Assembly (NCBI GenBank): GCA_964016885.1
Contig: OZ024758.1
Coordinates: 28,954,001-29,018,000 of the forward strand
DNA from: Eledone cirrhosa
Lineage: Eukaryota
Length of the DNA stretch: 64,000 nt
Reading direction: 5' to 3'
Shown here: piece after piece, positions 61,918 to 64,000 of the stretch
Position numbering within the stretch: the stretch's first letter is position 1
Layout: each line of letters starts with the position of its first letter
The notes under the pieces: generated by a model
The model's input: the letters and a program-made list of their open reading frames with translations, nothing else
Told to the model about the DNA's origin: nothing
The model's database searches: none
Translations under genes and position numbers: made by a program

Positions 61918-62459
61918 ACTCATACATATAAATGTATGCACATACACACATATACAGATACGTGTTAGCGTGTTGAAAAAAATTATTGTGTAATAAATGA
62001 TAGACTTCAATTTCTGTTGAGTAATATAGAATTTATTTGATTACTGATATTTCTCTATTAGATTTTAAAATATTTGGTATCTAATACTAAGTAAATTCAC
62101 AAAAAAATGGCATCAAAAATAGTTTCCTTGTTCGAATCATGTTGAAAATATCATGTGAAGATATTAAGTGCATTGCCTTCATCTTTTTTATTATTTAATA
62201 CAACTCCATTGTTCATTTTTATATGTGAAAAATAAATTCATTCAAATTTAGTGCTTAATATAGCAATAATCTTACAAGCATTATCAACAACATCTGCTTT
62301 TCTTTGCTGGTTATAAGTTTGCAAATCTGCAGAACAAAGCTTAAGCTATTGTCAGATCTTCTGTGAGGCATAATCTACTTAATTTCAAATCTTTCTTAAC
62401 CAACAGTTACATTTACAAATATTTCACTCTGTTTAAAATTCATTATTATTGTTTTTCTA

Positions 62460-62710
62460 GCATAGAGTTACGTCCCTTTATGATCTGAGTTCAAATCCCG
62501 CCAAGGTTAACTTTGCCTTTCATCCTTACGGGGTCGATAAAATAAAGTACCAGTAATGTGCTGGGTAATTGCTGGCTTTATGCCTAAAGTAGAAACCATT
62601 ATTATTGTTAACTTTGCCTTTCATCCTTACGGGGTCAATAAAATAAAGTACCAGTAATGCACTGGGTATTTGCTGGCCTTGTGCCAATAGTAGAAACAAT
62701 TATTATTGTT
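62460..62710 (+). mobile_element. SINE A fragments, 3' half duplicated
   Basis: Two GTTAACTTTGCCTTTCATCC...AGAAAC segments separated by ATTATTATTGTT. Confidence 0.85.
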
Positions 62711-63613
62711 ATGGACGGTTTTCTATTCAATACATGACTCTTTTTTCTGCTTGTATTTCTCCAACATTTGTAGCAAATTGTTGTCCATAATCAGAGAGGA
62801 TGAGTAAAAGAATGTCATGTCCTCATTGTAGATGTTTTTGCATTCAAGAGCTACATCACTCGACATTGCACTTTTTATGCTTACATCATACTGTACAATC
62901 TGCCCTTCACTTTGAGAGATAAACCCTTTGCTGCCAGCAGAGGTAATAGCTCCCTGAATTTTTCCCTTTCATTTCTTACTCTGGCAATTATGCTTTCAGA
63001 ACACCTATCTCCACTGCTAATTAGGTCACCTACTTAACAAAAGCTATCAAGTACTTCTAAGGAGTTATGAGAGCATTTGAAGGGGTCTTATTTCACATGT
63101 GCTCTTACTGCTAACTACCCCTGACATCTGCCACATACAAAGTCTACCTTGTCTATCAGCCTGACTCTGATCCCATATAACATGTGTGTTTGTGTGTGTA
63201 TATATATGTATACACACACACAACAAATTTCAAATGTGGGGTTATAGTAAAAGATATTTTCACAGTAACATTAACAACATAGCCATGTCTTCATCTATGC
63301 TACAATGAAAAATACATATTTCACTGGCTACAGTAATAAAATGAACTTGACAAATAGGTTGGTGATAAACCCTATTTTGTCACATAATATACAAAATGTT
63401 TCACTCGTTGATTTTACTTAATATTTGAACTTCATTCATCTATGTATTCACACATGTGAAATAGTTATGTTTGTTTGGTTGTTTGTTCCCTTTTATATTC
63501 TGCTGACTAAGACCTACTGTTTTTCTATCTCATAACTTTGTTGTATTTATAATGCTGTGTGGGCCTTTTGCACAGTTCAACAAACCATTTTGAAAAGCTG
63601 GTTTTCAGTTTTT

Positions 63614-63854
63614 ATGGAGTATTTAATGTTTATTGTAAATAGGTGTTTTACCATGGAGTATTTAATGTTTATTGTAAATAGGTGTTTTACTATGGAGTAT
63701 TTAATGTTTATTGTAAATAGGTGTTTTACTATGGAGTATTTAATGTTTATTGTAAATAGGTGTTTTACTATGGAGTATTTAATGTTTATTGTAAATAGGT
63801 GTTTTACTATGGAGTATTTAATGTTTATTGTAAATAGGTGTTTTACTATGGAGT
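63614..63854. repeat. 39-bp tandem repeat x6
   Basis: ATGGAGTATTTAATGTTTATTGTAAATAGGTGTTTTACT at 63614, 63653 ... with a final ATGGAGT at 63848. Confidence 0.96.
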
Positions 63855-64000
63855 TATATATGACTATTCTTTAGAAAATCCATGTGAACATATCTCTCCA
63901 TCTATTATTTATCATTTCTACAAAATCTATTCATAAAACTGTTGGATCTCACAGTATTACAACCATTCAATCACTGAAATTACCTCCTGACTGAGTATTC

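Overview
AT-rich, repeat-dense eukaryotic DNA, probably intronic or intergenic. The SINE, LINE and microsatellite content resembles an octopod cephalopod genome (inference from recalled families, not a search). No intact protein-coding gene is visible. The long ORFs in the track are tandem-repeat artefacts or decayed retroelement ORFs: RTE (one with a PHD finger inside the RT), CR1/L2-type, and a CRE-type restriction-like endonuclease. Other content: tRNA-derived SINEs, TTAA/TA/hAT MITEs, a probable Helitron remnant and a 200-N gap. Main signal 1: four sequence-unrelated type I hammerhead ribozyme motifs (six copies) plus two half motifs, all in short elements beside (TA)n tracts and consistent with Penelope-like pLTR/retrozyme ends. 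They have long or branched stem II, a recurrent C.A base of stem II, and two sit in divergent inverted pairs. Main signal 2: about ten homogeneous minisatellites (27-112 bp units), most amplified in situ from pieces of different transposons and often bounded by 4-7 bp microhomology; two show higher-order structure. Also noted: a pre-miRNA-like hairpin, palindromes centred on (TA)n, CpG-retaining promoter-like zones and a few weak candidate exons.
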